Source: Balanoglossus misakiensis
Taxonomy: Eukaryota > Animalia > Hemichordata
Direction of reading: 5' to 3'
Assembly: GCA_040954595.2 (NCBI GenBank)
Contig: CM082583.2
Location: 2,551,060-2,615,059, forward strand
Length of the DNA: 64,000 bases
Part shown: in pieces, positions 1 to 15,000 of the stretch
Layout: each line of letters begins with the position of its first letter
How positions within the stretch are numbered: the stretch's first letter is position 1
The notes under the pieces: model-generated
The model's input: only the letters and a program-made list of their open reading frames with translations
What the model was told of the DNA's origin: nothing
The model's database searches: none
Translations under genes and position numbers: made by a program

Positions 1-203
1 TCTCGCACAGAGTCTCGAGCCACGCTGATAAGAAATTTTAGAAAGCCGGAAGAAAGTAGGCATATTAGCGTTTTCTTGCGCAAAAAAATATTTGGGATTG
101 AATATTTATTCATCATTTGAATGTATGATACCAGTGATTACCTTTCTAATCCATTTTTTTTTTCTTTTCTTCTCTCTCTTTCTCTTCTCATATTGCTTGT
201 CAG

Positions 204-416
204 GGTGTCATCAAGAGTTGTGGAAGTACATGCCAAACAACACATTCTGTAACTTTGACCTTGACTGCAAAGGTGTCTACTGTGACCTCGAACTCGACTT
301 CTTCTATTTCCCTGTTCACATGCCCGTCATCGTACGTCTAGACTCGTGTCAGTTGCTGCTGTGGATAGTCATTGGAGACTATGAGACAGTGGTGGACTTG
401 ATAGAGCTCACCTTTG
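204..416 (+). CDS. exon 1 (in window)
   Basis: pyrimidine tract+cag / gtgagt; GCHQELWKY..IELTF. Confidence 0.8.
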
Positions 417-3400
417 GTGAGTTTATGACACGGAAATAAGCTTATATGACTCTCACTTTATTATTGTTCATACATTGTTTCGCAAGGTAATCTTGCGTTA
501 GTAGACTTCGTTTAGGCGTTACGCAATCTATCGTAGTTCAAACCACAGAACCGATTCTCCTGGATCCCTGCCCCCTCCCCCCAGCATATGTTTGGCTTCG
601 TGATCACTGCTTGAATCTCCGACCGACCCTAAACTCCCCTCCCCCACTTGAAAGAAAGTTCTTCAAGATTAAGTAATGTTCTTGATTAAGCACGTTGGTT
701 CAAACAAGTTGTATACTGACCTATTAATTCTGCCTTCGGTCAGAAGGGAACACAAATATGGTTGTATACACACTACATAGTTAATAGAATTTTGCGAAAT
801 TTAAAAATGATGTCGCCCATTTGCCAAAGATGCACGGAAGTATTTAATCGTTATGAATAAATTAAAATTGGTAGCTCATGGCGCTTTAAAGCTAGCAAGG
901 AATGAACTCTGATACTGGTTCGTTTCTGTCCTGCAGGAGAGCCCGTGGATGACTATGACGTTGTCAAAGATGGCGTAGGCGTCGATATTGCTGGAGTAGA
1001 GTTATTTCAATCCGTCCAGATTGTGTACAACATGAGTGCCAGAAGCGCCGACAATGACGGGTCTTCCTTCGAAATACCTGTTGAGGTGAGACGTGATCAC
1101 GTTCAGCATATTAAAGGTATACGGTCACCTCTAATTTACATACGCCCATATATGGCTGGAATGGAGTATAATTGAGCGTTCTAAAGAACATATGATGGGC
1201 TCTTTTTTCGCGTGTGCCACCCACTGAAAATCTGTGATTGGCTAGATCTCATGGTAACTGTAGCTAAATTTCCATAGGTGACCGTATACCTTTAATCGTT
1301 ATATGAACTACTGATTACTCATTGCCGTTTTCGATGTCATTTATGGCATTTTATTAAATATATCTCGCAGAGGTATACGCTGTGAGATGAATGGATGTAA
1401 ATGAGCAGTTTGACATAATTTGACATTTTCTTCGTTGTTTTCACATACAAACAGTATGATTTAAAGGGTCTACGACATGAGCATGCACACAACACGTAAA
1501 GTCACCCTTTGGGTGGTGCCGTCGAGGTGTGTTGCAGTCTAGAACTTCATATCATTGAATATAGCAAAAGTGTACCCCAAAGCAAGTCTACTCGACTTTT
1601 TTCGCCTTTCCGAAGTTCAAGCGACAGCTTATCTTAATTCGGGTGTCAAGTCGTTCACACCCCGTGAATTAACATTGCATCACGCGAGTACAACTTCTTT
1701 TTTGATCTCATAATTATCGCTTGTGAGCGTTTTTGTCACACGAACAAAGGAGAACACGATAATATGCTAGTTATGCTATTTCCTCGAACGACACATTTTA
1801 GAACATGACTTTTCCCCTGTCATCTTTCAGTTTGACCTTCAGCTGGGAATCTGTTCAAGCAAGACCGACAGCTGCATGCCGTTTGTAACGGTTTTCAAAG
1901 GTCTGCATTTGGAGACCAAAATTTGTGACAGCCTGGGGGACGAAGACGAGGAGGAAGATGAAACGGAAGACGCAGGTAACGACAAACATTACAGTTATAA
2001 TAGTGTTTATTATTCGTATTAGTATTGTAATAATTTACAATAAAAATTCAGGTGCACATTTAATGGAGAAGAATGAACGACCCGATCGATTTGTCATAGC
2101 TTAAAGTGAAGGGGTCGTCGCGCCACGTTTGTTTGTTTATAAACATTACAATTCATCTACAAATCCCTGAAATTACATAATTCTTATTGAAAAAACGAAG
2201 CAGCTAACCGTAGCGTAGACTGGACATGACAGCAACTGAAGATCCTAGTAGGTCGTGGCGACTGCAGTGGGGTTTGCGCTGGTATAGGAGGACATATGCT
2301 CATCAAGAGGGACACCCACGCGGCGCGACGACCGCTTCCCTTTAATTTTAAAGCCCCAAGAGCTGCCACTTGTTACATTATTTTCAGGATTTTACTTTTC
2401 CTCTCGGATTGGGCTATGTAAATAAGCTTACTGATAAATGTAGGTATTCATGAACATCTTATCGACGCTTGATTGTGGCTGTATGTTCCAATTTGAACAA
2501 CCGATTCCCATGTACGCAATATTTATGGTATGCGTCGGCAAGAGATGACAGACTGATGGAAATACAAGTAATATGGCTTAATAGTGGGATTAATGTCGTA
2601 AAACATGTGAAATTTGGCGGGCTCATGGGGTTTTAATCATGGTAGCCGCGAATCGCCTGACATGGGTAATAATTGGTTAATTTTTCACCCTAGATATTTC
2701 CAAAATTCAGGGGACAAATTTTGTTTAAGAAACGCAACCGATTCATGATTTGTGAAACAATTCTGCATTCCCCCCTTGAGTGTATCGTAGTGAAAGACAA
2801 CTATCACAGACTCCATTTCTTTCATAGATTCAAGGCAGAGCATAAACTGCAACTTTTCTACAAACGAAAACGATAAATGTATTTTCCTCGGAAAGTTATC
2901 GTTTACCCCTGTGAATCGAAATTGCTTGCGTTGTTTCCGATGACTCATTCACGGGCATTTATTGCCCCATACTTCGTTTTTATTCCAAAGAACTCGATAT
3001 GGAATACATGACGCTGTTGGAGTTTGAGGAACAGCTCAGCATTGTCAATCTCGACCAATCACGAATTACATCCCTGATAAACGAAATTCTGTTGGTCGTA
3101 CGAGCAAAGGTAATTCCGTCACAGAATTGCTACCTTGTCAGAGCTTTTTGGAGTAGTATCCACAGAGGGCGCTTATCATATTTGTGCCTTCTTACAAACC
3201 CGAAAGAAATTATTATTATGTCACCAGTGTGAATGTTCACAGCTCTATGCGGCCTACCACCAAAACCACCGTGACGAAAATAAGTAACGTTTGACATGGT
3301 CAAACTGGATGGGTCAAACCAAATGCTATAATAACAGTTCTGTTACATATTCTGTGTGTAGACAATCGAGGAGATCGCCAGTAAACTTCTGGACGACTTT

Positions 3401-6400
3401 GAGAATGAGTTCAGCAATTTTGACATGAAGCTTTCTGGAGGAACCACAATCGGTCCCATGAACGTGGTCTTCTTTGAAAGACAATATCCGTTTGCCATAG
3501 GACCTGTACCTGTTCAATTCGGTAAATATACTCCAACTGTTTCAACATCAGATTCATGAATTTAATGCTGTGGAATCTTCAGTTTTGATCAAATTTACAG
3601 TGCGATAACAACACCACACCACGACGACTCGACACAACACAACACAACACACAACACAACACGATATAATTTAAGGCAGCATAACACGCGATGCATTGAA
3701 TGTGTTTTATCGTTTCCTTACAGCCTTTGGTGCCAGTGGTTCTTATGGACTTGATGTGTCTGTCAATGCTGCCATCTTATCAATGACGTTGAATGTTAGT
3801 ATTAATGCCACATTATACCTTCATGTTGTATGCTCTTTGTTAAACAGACTGAGTGTGCATTTTAACGCGTGGTCTGATGCATTACCAACCGACCCACCAT
3901 ATCCGTCTATTAATGTCAGATTTGGGTCAGGAAACAGCTCTCTTTAAATATTACGTTTTTTTATGAGACATATGCATATGTTGTTGACGATATGCCACAA
4001 TAGTTACCAAGGAAACAGGCGACAGCTAAATATCCTTTGGCTGCACCATGGTCACTGGGGGGGGGGGGGGGGCAAACCGAGCCTTCAATAGGCATCTTTC
4101 TTTAAATCTGTTGTAAATTTAACCAATTCAAAGTTCACATCATCTCATTACCTGTATGCTATTGCAGGTGAAAGTTCGGCCAGAAGCGGGCGCTGCAGTC
4201 TATGGTTCAGTTGGAATTGGCATTCCACTATTTTTTGCCGAAGTGCAGCTGACTGGTCACATCATGAGTACTGCATTTCCCTCAGAAGCCACGGTTCAAT
4301 TCAACAGTTTTCCTCTAGACCTTCAGTAAGTAGTGTCTGCTAAACGAATGCCAAAATATCACACCGTGTGAAAACAATAATAATAATAATAGTATTTATT
4401 TCTTATAGAGCGCATTACATTAAAAAATCGCCATGCGCTTTACACAACACTGAAAATAGAAAAGGTAAAATATAATTTAAATAAATAATAAACATTGCGA
4501 AAAACACCTAAAACACACAGAGACAGAGTAATTAAAAAATATATGTCTAGGAATAAAATGATCTAAAAAGATAAGTTTTTTAAAATAAAAGAGGAACACT
4601 TGTTTGGCTCGGCATGCAACCAGTTAACGGGTTTGTGGTGTTCTCACATCCCCTTCTTTAAAAGAAACCATGTCTGAAAAATTGTGGATAACATTTTTAT
4701 CATGCTTGACCCGAACTCTCTTCTTAACGTTCAAAAAAAAACCTCGTGACTGTTTTAGGAGATCGTGGTCTATAAACTCCATAGAAAGTCATTAAACACC
4801 CACCCGTTTCCGCCATTTTTGTTATTTGAAAGGAATTAAGTCATGCATGGTCGGCTAAAACATCGGACACATAACATAAAGTGAACATTATTTATCACAC
4901 TTTTTCCGGTAAAAATCATCTGAATAGCAAATCAGCATTGATAGTTTTCACAACTCTTCCTCAAGGTCAAGAATGGATCTCATCATGATTCCTCTGAAAT
5001 TGGAACTGAGAGGGAGGTGCATTTTCGAAATATGGCTACCGTTTGGAATTCACATCAAGGAGGTTGTGTTTGACGTGCTGATTTGGAGCTTCACAACCGA
5101 CAAGATCGAACAGAATGTTTTCGACAAAGGCGATCTAGAACCCGACAACAGTCCGCCTGCCTTCACGGAAATTGCCATCCCAGAGGTAATCACCAGAATG
5201 CACAGCCGCTGTGAACGTTACTGCTGTAAAACTGTACGCAGTGTAAACTAGAAGACAGCGTTTGTCTTAAAGTTTTCAGTAGATATAGTCATTATACATA
5301 AGTTCTTTGTTAGGCACACACAGGTCGTGCTAAAGTTGACGTTAACATTGCTTTGAAAAAAAAGTTAATAATCGCCATACAATTTCATCTGCTGCAAACA
5401 GAATTTTTTACATTTTGAAAGTTTCAGTGGGTGTTTTTTTCCTTGCATTTGTTGCGAGAAGCTATAGTGAGTTTCAAATTGTGTGTATATGATCGACTGA
5501 AATGTTGCTTTGTTCTGTTTCTAAGTCTCAAGTTATTTCAAAACGTGACATAACTGCAGCTACTGAATGCACGGTAGAGCAGGTAGTTGGCAGAGACCAC
5601 ACAGACCCAGCATTCCAGTTAGCAGTTGCTGCAGGCGATGATAGAAGTGAAGTCAAACTGACATACTGCGTTGGAACCTACAAGAGTGGCTGTGACATTT
5701 TAGATGATCAAGCGATGGGTGGACAGTCTGTTGTGATCGCACAGGTGAGTACTTATATTATAATTCCCCCGTATTTCGAACGAGTGTGCCTGCGTCGCGG
5801 ACGAGTGATTCCCCGTATAGCGGGCGTATCCCTCCGAGCCGCAGGCGAGGAGGGATACAGCTATACGGGGAATCACGAGTTCGCGACGCAGGTACACGAG
5901 TGAGGAATACGGGGGAATTATATGTTTATCACATACATATCTCCGCTAATTTTGAGTTTCAAATAAAACTCTTTGTGGTTGCGATAAAATTTGGAACTAT
6001 TTTGTGCAAAATTGAAGATCGATGTTATGCGGTCTATCTGTCAGGTGACTCAGGTCACGACCTGGACGATTCTGGGTTTGGCGAGGACCCGTCTGTAGTG
6101 CGTCAGCTGGATTTCATCGTCCGTCAAGGTTTCACTGGAGCAGGAAACCTTTCTTATGCCGTTTGCTTTATGACTAGACCGTTTTGCTCTAATCGTCGCA
6201 TCAAACTTTTTTGCGAATACTCAAATTTGTACTTGTTGCTCGTTCGACAACGCGACGACATTGGCTCAGCACTGCCGACCTCGCGACAGTTTTGGTGCCG
6301 GTTGGTGCGATAAAAATGTACACAGGTAAAACTAATCGTCGATCGTCCATATTTACACACACGAAACATTTTAGTTATCTTTGCTTATGTTTTTATATCG

Positions 6401-8972
6401 AAATAAAACCAACAATTGCACTGAATTTTGCCGCCCTAAGGGGACTTTGTTTACAAGTTTGGTGACGTCAGAGGGATGGTAATTACAATAACGCTTGGTG
6501 CATATTTACCTACGTCTGACGTCATACTATGGTAATATGCGGAGCTATGTATGTGATAAACACATAAAGACACACATGTGCATACACATACATACATACA
6601 TACATACATACATACATACATACATACATACATACATACATACATACATACATACATACATACATACATACATACATACATACATACATACATACATACA
6701 TACATACATACATACGTACGTACGTACGTACGTACACACAGACAGACAGACAGACATTATGGAAAAAGACAAACATTATGGAAAAATACAAAAATTGGAC
6801 ATGATGTTAGCATAAAATCAACAGACCCGATACTTTTCAAGTATATTCATCGGTGATGGTTGAAATGGAAGAAAAACACGTTATAATTATACTGATTTGC
6901 TTTTCTAGAAACTGAGTGACTCAATAGTCGATTTTTGGCACGTGGTTGACGATGAAAGTCAAGTTTATTCCACGCAGTTTTGTTACGGCAGTCATCCTGG
7001 AGCATGGGACATTTATTCGTGTACGGATAGCCAAGGTCGAGAAAGTACTCCTAACACACTAGTACAACCTAATACAGAGAATTTACCCAATATTGTGACG
7101 ATTTCATCAGTTAATAATGTAAGTACACAACTTTGAAATGTTTATCACAGAAAAAGTCAAATTTGGAGTCGAGTCAAGCTCAGTATAACTATTCTTTTTA
7201 TACCGGGTTAACACTGTCGGCTTCGATACCAAAGAAACACTGTGTCGTGATATTGTATTCTTTAACTTTAAAGGAATGCATGACTAATTCATGTTATTAC
7301 ACCCGTAAAATAAATATGTTGATAAATTTGAATAAAAATATATATTGGGGTGCACCACTAAAATGGGTCGCAAAATTACTGCATCATATACAAATCCAGA
7401 CTTCATGCACATGCTCAGAAAAATCAAATGACCTTTATTTTCGTCCAATGGCATTGCATAAAGTCATCAAAAGTCATGTAACTCCATCTTTAACCAAAGA
7501 TACGAATGCTACATTAGGCGATGTGGAGACAAACGTGATATTTTATGCGCACATCAGTTATCTATTTGAAGCGTCCTTTTTTCACAAATAAGTCTGATGT
7601 CAAATATAAAAAAATTGGACGCAGTCTGATCAACCGCGCTGACCAATTGGCAATGATTCCATCATCATGTTATGAATGCATTGCAATCCCTCTCCATGAA
7701 CATTTCAGGTTGGACTTTGGTCCAAGGCAAACTCGGAAGGCGTTACAGTTGACTCGACACCCCCAGTGCAAGGGAAAGTGTCCTGCCCTTCATATATCAC
7801 TACAAGTGACGACCTGAAATGTACGTGGTCAGGATTCTCTGACAAGGAAAGCGGTATCGCGTATTACCTGTTCGGCATCGGTGTTGCAGAGAACGACGAA
7901 TCGGTTCATCCATTCACCGTCATAAACTCGTCAGATCATGAACATATCGCAACAGGTAAGACGAATTACCCATACATGTGATGGCTCCACTGTATACATG
8001 TATATGTCATTTTGCATGCTATGTTTTTGTTTTCCTGTGGACCCAATACAATATAAGTAATTAAATTAATGCGGTATCGGCAAAATCTACGAGACTCAGT
8101 GTGATTTTAAAATATTTAACGTAATTTATCAAATTTAACATTCCAGGACCCTTTAGCAACCATACCCATTACGTCACAGTATCTGCAGTTAATAATGCTG
8201 GAGACATTACCAGTTCATTCTCAAAACCAATATATGTTGACAAAACGCCACCAATCGCTGGCAGAGTTGTGGAGCTAACGGGTGTGGATGAAGTGAATTT
8301 TGACGAGGAAATTACTGCCGGCGATAGAGAACGTTTGAACTGTATGACACTGGAAGGTAAGTCAGGGAGTGGGGATACATTGTATATTGAGTAAGCAACA
8401 CCTCTATGTATTTCAAGTTCAGGAAATACATCTCGTTTCGGTTTATGTAGCTGCACACATTTGTTGGCATTTAAATGTCACGCGATCATCGATCACACAG
8501 TCTACATCGCCACGTTTCCTTTTTATTGGAATATTACAGCATGGTGTTGAGAATCAATTAAATGTATCTGATGTCATATTGCTATTGAGTTTGAACTCCT
8601 CTTCTAATTATTATTCAATACTAATTATTCAGTGTAAATCTACAAGAATACAAAGTTCACAGAATAAGAAAGAAAACTATATGAATATGTTCAAGAGATG
8701 TATAATTACTTTAATGTCGATCCGACATATAACATAACACGAAGGGAAACAACTGAATTGTGCAAAAGATATTGGAATTTCCAACACATGACTCTTATGA
8801 CAACAAAGTTCAGAAATTCAAGGATATTCATGTTTGTCCAAAAGTCTAATAACTTATTGTTTTGCAGACTGTGGTGCCAGAACTGCAGTTTGCCAAAAAT
8901 CTCTGGATAGAATCTTAGTTACGTGGGAACCTTTTCAAGATCCAGAGAGTCCCATTGAAAGGTTTGTCTGTG

Positions 8973-9063
<91 letters not shown>

Positions 9064-12000
9064 ATGTATGTATGTATGTATGTATGTATGTATTGCTGGT
9101 TTTTTTGCATTTGTGTGTGCGTATTTGTTTTTTGTTTTGTATCTCAGTAATGTCAGTGTAGTGCACTTTGTTTTTAGTACCTGCTAAAATTGTGAAATTT
9201 GAAGCTTCATTTTCCCACACGTTATTAACAGATATCAAGTGGCAGTTGGTACTTCCCCAGGCGGTGCTCAACTCAAGTTATTTCATGATGTAAATGTGGA
9301 CAATGGATTGATGGCTCTCATCACTGGGATTAATCTTTATGACGTCAGACAAGCTTTTGTGTCCGTGAGGGGCTTCAACGCTGCTGGTTTGCATACAACG
9401 GCCGTTTCTGATGGTGTTTTCATTAGTCGAATAAGTGCCGGATTGCCGCCTCTCAACGGAAGTTACATTTGGGATGGGAACGGAGAAGACGATTTGTAAG
9501 TGATGTATTTTCTTGCATCTTTCAGCATCTAATGTAAATAAAAAATAAGATAAAAAGTATATTTTGTTGTGATACTTAAAGGGACTATTATTTTACTGTT
9601 ATATGATTCTATGTCCTCATTGGATCATTTCCCTTACAGAGACTACCAAGATACCAACGAAGGTTTGTATGGACAGTGGCATTTCGATGGTGACCCTTGT
9701 CCCAAGATTCGGTATGAGTGGTCAATTAATCGTATAGATGGAACCATGGTACAACCGATGACGACAACATCTGATGGTATGTAAACAACATTTGAGACAA
9801 CTGTGGCGTTTATATATGCCAAAGTTTTGTCACATATAGTTCACTTAATTTTCCTCCCTAAAATGATGTTTCCGTATTGTCGCTACTTTGAGTAGGTTTT
9901 AAGCTACCCAGGTGAGTGATGGAAATCTCATATGGTCGACACAATTTCAAGGTCGTCGATTTTTGCCATCTTTAAGAAATGGAAGTTTATAAGCTTAAGT
10001 GATACTGGGTCATTCTGAAACTTTGTAACAGAAATAAGTTTAATACGCTAACTACACATATAGAACTTTTTGACCAATGGAAGTGCTGATACAGTTAACA
10101 TACCATTTCTTTAAGCTCTTACTACAGGGAGTTGTCTACCTTTTACCCAGAATGCAATTATTATAATGTGATTTTGACTCCATAGTAGGAGATAAAAACC
10201 TATTTAAAGCAGCCAGAAATCATCATGTAAAATTATGAAAAATTAGGTGACACCGTCGCGCTCTCTGGTTTATTCTTCTGGCTGTGTGCGTTTTACGGGT
10301 GCAACTGCATGCCTAATTGGAGGAAATAATTTTAGGTAAGCCACGTCCGCCATGTACATTTTATTTTGTTCCTAAAACAGCTTTCGGAATGAATGATGAG
10401 CTCAGTATGAAGAACGGCGAAACGTATTACCTGGTAGTCAGAGCAACAAATATGCTCGGTTACTCTCATTCGCTTCGTTCTGATGGAGTGACCATACAGC
10501 TAGAGCCGCTCGAACCAAAAGATGTCAGAGATGGCGCGATTTATGGTTTTGACGTCAACTTCCAAGCTCCCATCACAACGTTATCGGCAAACTGGGACGC
10601 GTTCGGTGTTCATGAAGATCGTCTGTTCGGCCAAGTTGCAGGTATGTATAGTGACTGAATACCGGCGTAGGTTTTTACATTGTATATACTTGTCAAATCC
10701 CTAACAAAATGTGCTATATGATTCCTAGGCCAAATAAAAAAATATGTGCTGTTCCGATTACATGGCTTTCAAAATGAGGGTAGGTAGGTAATTTGTCTAT
10801 ATCTTTGGCCGCCGTAGTGTAGAAGAATGACGTCATTGTTCTTGCGTGATTCTCGCAATTTTCATAAATTTTGTATATTTAACATCATTATTTTTACTTC
10901 CGCTTTGCGAAACTTTAAAAAGTTTAGGGCTAAAATTAGGGTAGGTCGGGTAATCGTAACAGCACAATATTTTTTTATTTGGCCCTATGGGAGTTCTACA
11001 AGAATAAAATTTCCTACAGGGTTCCTACAGGAACCCTGTAGGCTACACCTGTCCTATAGCACTTGTCTTACAATACAGCGGTTGTCGTATAGGATGGGTG
11101 TAAGAGTATACTGACATGAAACTAAAAAAGCAAATGTAAGTAAGTGATGTAAATTGAAAATTCAGATGAAATGCCCTTTTAAGTTGTTTTTTTGTATTAC
11201 TCTATCTACTTCTATTCGTCCACAGGGCAACTGATCGACCACTACGAAATAGCAGCAGGAACTGACCAGCGTTATCCAAACACAAGAGATGACATTCATA
11301 GATTCGTTAATGTCGGGCTGAACACATCACACACATTCACAGACCTCCAACTGATACCAGAAACGCAGACATACTACGTGACCGTCAGAGCGTATGCAGC
11401 GTCGACTGCAATGGTGGAGGTCACATCGAATGGCGTACAAGTCGGTTATGGTGGACAAGTGCTCTCACACGGTCATATCAGTGTTCCAACGTAAGATCCA
11501 ACGTAATCTCTCCCTTGAAAATTGTCTCAAAATGCAACTGGTCTGCAGTACGATTTTCGAATGTGTGTCTAGGAGAATGACGTTATAATAATGTCATTTG
11601 TCATACATATCTAGATTTAGATAATAAATACCAAAATACTTAACAGTTGTCACGGTAGTAAGTTCAGAGAGGGAATATGTGCAAAATCAATTTACCCCTC
11701 ATGCCAAATTATGACCTTTTTATGTTTCCCATAAACATAACGCACAGTATTGTCAATAACGTCAAAACGCCCTGAAGCCCAGATGGCACACAAACTGAAT
11801 TTTACTCTGTAGATTATAGATTTTCAGAAACCAATTTTTCCGAAATTCCCTAGTAGGCGATAAACCCCCATAAACTATGGAGGACGTGCATTTTCTTATA
11901 CTGCACCAAAGCTCCGGCCTAATGACATTCGACTAGCACCCACTCTTGATTCTTTTAAGAGAAAACTGAAGACATATTTGCTTGAAAAAGCCTACGGTGT

Positions 12001-15000
12001 GTGAACAGCCATCGGGCACCACTAAACAGAACTTCTGGATTTTGGCGCCATATAAATTGATTGATTGTTAGATTGATTGATTGGTATATATGTTATCTCA
12101 TTTGCACATTACCCAGTTAATGCGACTCTCGCACGCGTATGGAAGCCAATACAACTGCTCTATTTTAAAGGACATGTGCGGGTGGCAAGATTCGCTTTAA
12201 AATGTAAATTCCGGAATTTTTCTTCTACCCAAAGGTACATATCATCTACGACAAGTCTAACCCTGTCATGGAGCAACTTCAAGTTTTCAACTCCGGTACT
12301 TTTTTATACTTGGGGTATTGGCAGAAATGGAAGTACTTTACACACGATGTCTTGTAAGAATTTAGTAAGTATAAAAATACATACAATTGTTCACTTTTAT
12401 TCTACTTAGATTCTCCCGAACCGTTCCCTCATATTCGCGCATTTCGTTCAAGTACCTTCAAATTTAACTCCATGAAAACTGTTGTTTAAAGCCTCTATAG
12501 CTGCCATTTTTTTTGCATTATTTCCATGATTTTATTTTCCAACTTAAATCGTTCCATCTAAATAGGCTTACTGATATGTATACATGAAGACCTTATATCG
12601 ATGCCAGATTGTGACTACATGTTGCAATTTGAACACGCTATGTATTAAAACGGTGCCGCACCGATTTAATCAGCCTCCAGCAGCTATATGGGCTTAGGTA
12701 CCATTTCCTTGCATGTGTTTGTTTTTTACATTGAGAGCCTGGAATAACGTACGCATTTTGGCAATTACAGCAATCCATGGATTACAGTCTAGGGTCATTC
12801 GAAATTCCCGGTTTCGAACACTTATTTGAAGAAAAACGATGGACGAATGCTGGCAAGGATACATTGGTAGAAGAGACGGCACTCAGCCTTGAAGATAAGC
12901 GATCGTATACGGTAGTTGTTATGGCAACTGATGAATCTGGACACTGTTCGCTCGCAACGGCAGACTTTAGGGTCGATCTTACCCCTCCTGAATCAGGAAA
13001 TTTAAAGATAGGTGTTTTCGAAGACGAGGTACGTGAAGTATCACTCGCATGAATAAGTATAAAACGTAACCTTCAGTGGCATAAATTTGGTGGGCATTCG
13101 ATAATTATGCTTGTTTGATAATTATGGATTCAGGTTAAAAATGATATGCATGCATTTATATATATTGTTGTTGGTTACTTTATAGGCAGTTACATACATT
13201 GACCGTGACGATATTTTATCGGTATCATGGTCTGGTTTCTATGATGATGACAGTGGTCTTAGATCCTATTCAATCGCCCTCTACGATGGTTTGTCGTGTG
13301 TCCTGACAGTTGATCAGGTCGTTATACAGGATTTTACTGATATTTTGCCGAATGACACTGACTATACATTCGTCGAGTTGCAACTGAAGGTGAGTTCATT
13401 CAAGAGCGGATGTATCGATTGATTGGTTTATTGACATACTAATTATTTGATTGGTTGGTTTGTTGGTTGGTTGGTTGGTTGGTTGGTTGGTTGGTTGGTT
13501 GGATGGTTAGATGGATGGATGGATTGATGGATGGTTGTTTTTGAAGAAAACAATGTAAATAAATGTAAACGTTGAGATAAACTTAATTAGATTGTCATTA
13601 ATACATTGGAAAGTTCTGTTGTCATGCACAAATAACGTCTTTTCGTTATTTCCAGCCACAACAACCGTATTTTGTCCATCTTCGAGCTACAAATAACGCC
13701 GGTTTGTCGACTACAGTGATGTCTCCACCAATCATGTTAGACTTGGTGCAGCCTGTGTACGGAACGGTTAAGGATGGACTGGATTTTGCCACAGATGTAG
13801 ATTATCAGAGTTCTACAGACACCATTCAAGGTAATGTCAGCTGTAATGTTCACCAAAATCTCAGGAAGTGTAGGCCTTTTAATAATAGCAATGTGTATTT
13901 TACAGTTAATAATACATTCGCAGACAGTTGTCAATATGTAAAATAATTTAACAGCAGATACCACGTTGTGAACATACCGGTATGCTATTTAGTTATTTGA
14001 GATTGTCTAAACTTAGGTTAGTTAGGTTAAATGTTCATTATGGCCGTTTTCAATTAGCAATAAATTCACCATGGATTAGTGCTGACGATATATAAGGCAC
14101 CCTCATAATTCGTCATTGATTCATGTGTATGAAGTATTAATCATTGATGTATAGCACTACGTTTGAGACATTAACTGTGTTGTTTTTAATTCTTCGCACA
14201 GCTTACATACCTGTGCAGTAGTAGCAGTTGTTGTTGTTGTTTTTTCTTTATTCCTCCATAAAAGGCCAAAATAACTTTTACATTTATTCATAAATTTATA
14301 TGTATAGGTCCTTAATTGAAGGAGCGTGATTGAGCGGACAAATGTGAACATAGGGTCTAACACCATGATGACTTAAAATGTTATATAAAATCACGGTCAC
14401 TCATATATGCCGGAATTGATGTCCATCTGAGAGAAATTTTGTTTACGAAAGCTTATTAAACAAACACCACGTCGTTATTTTGTTTCTTACCAAGTTTAAA
14501 CCCCAGCCAAGCAACAAACTCTGATTTAAAGTTCTATTCTTGCAGGCGTTTTCCTACATCTCCCAAATCCCGAAGGAGCGTCATGCCCAAGTCGCCATTT
14601 CCCCATGCAATCTGGTGATGCTGGTGACTGGAATACAGTGAATAGTCGTGGTATTTGGGGAATGGATGAGTCTGACAGCGTGATATTCCGTCCAGAGCAG
14701 GTATGGCGGTCTCCGAATGGCGACTTAATCAATGGAACACACGTTTGTTACGATTCTATGATGAACTTACCAATTACTGAACTTACTTTCTATTGGGCAT
14801 AATCCGGCATTGAATAACATGTGGTACCCACAAAAAGTCACGTGTAAGCAGCTGGCATGGAAATCCGCTCATTATTTTCGCAGTATGTATTTTGATGTCG
14901 TCTTCATTATATGTATTTTAGTTTACAGTTAATGATTCGAAGAATATGTCACGTGGTCTTTTATAAAATTATCAGTTGATACAACGTAATACTCATTGTA

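Noticed and set aside
5786-6313. 175-aa ORF or extra exon in intron 9
   Set aside because: Lies inside the repeat that recurs at 48.2-48.6 kb and lacks the host repeat motif.
6458-6535. Possible exon after ttacaag (FGDVRGMVIT..)
   Set aside because: Inside the repeat body, hits a stop and does not supply the missing strands.
6451-6856. ORFs of MYVC/HTYI type (also near 8.9, 19.5, 29.1 and 47.4 kb)
   Set aside because: Translations of stop-free microsatellites, not genes.
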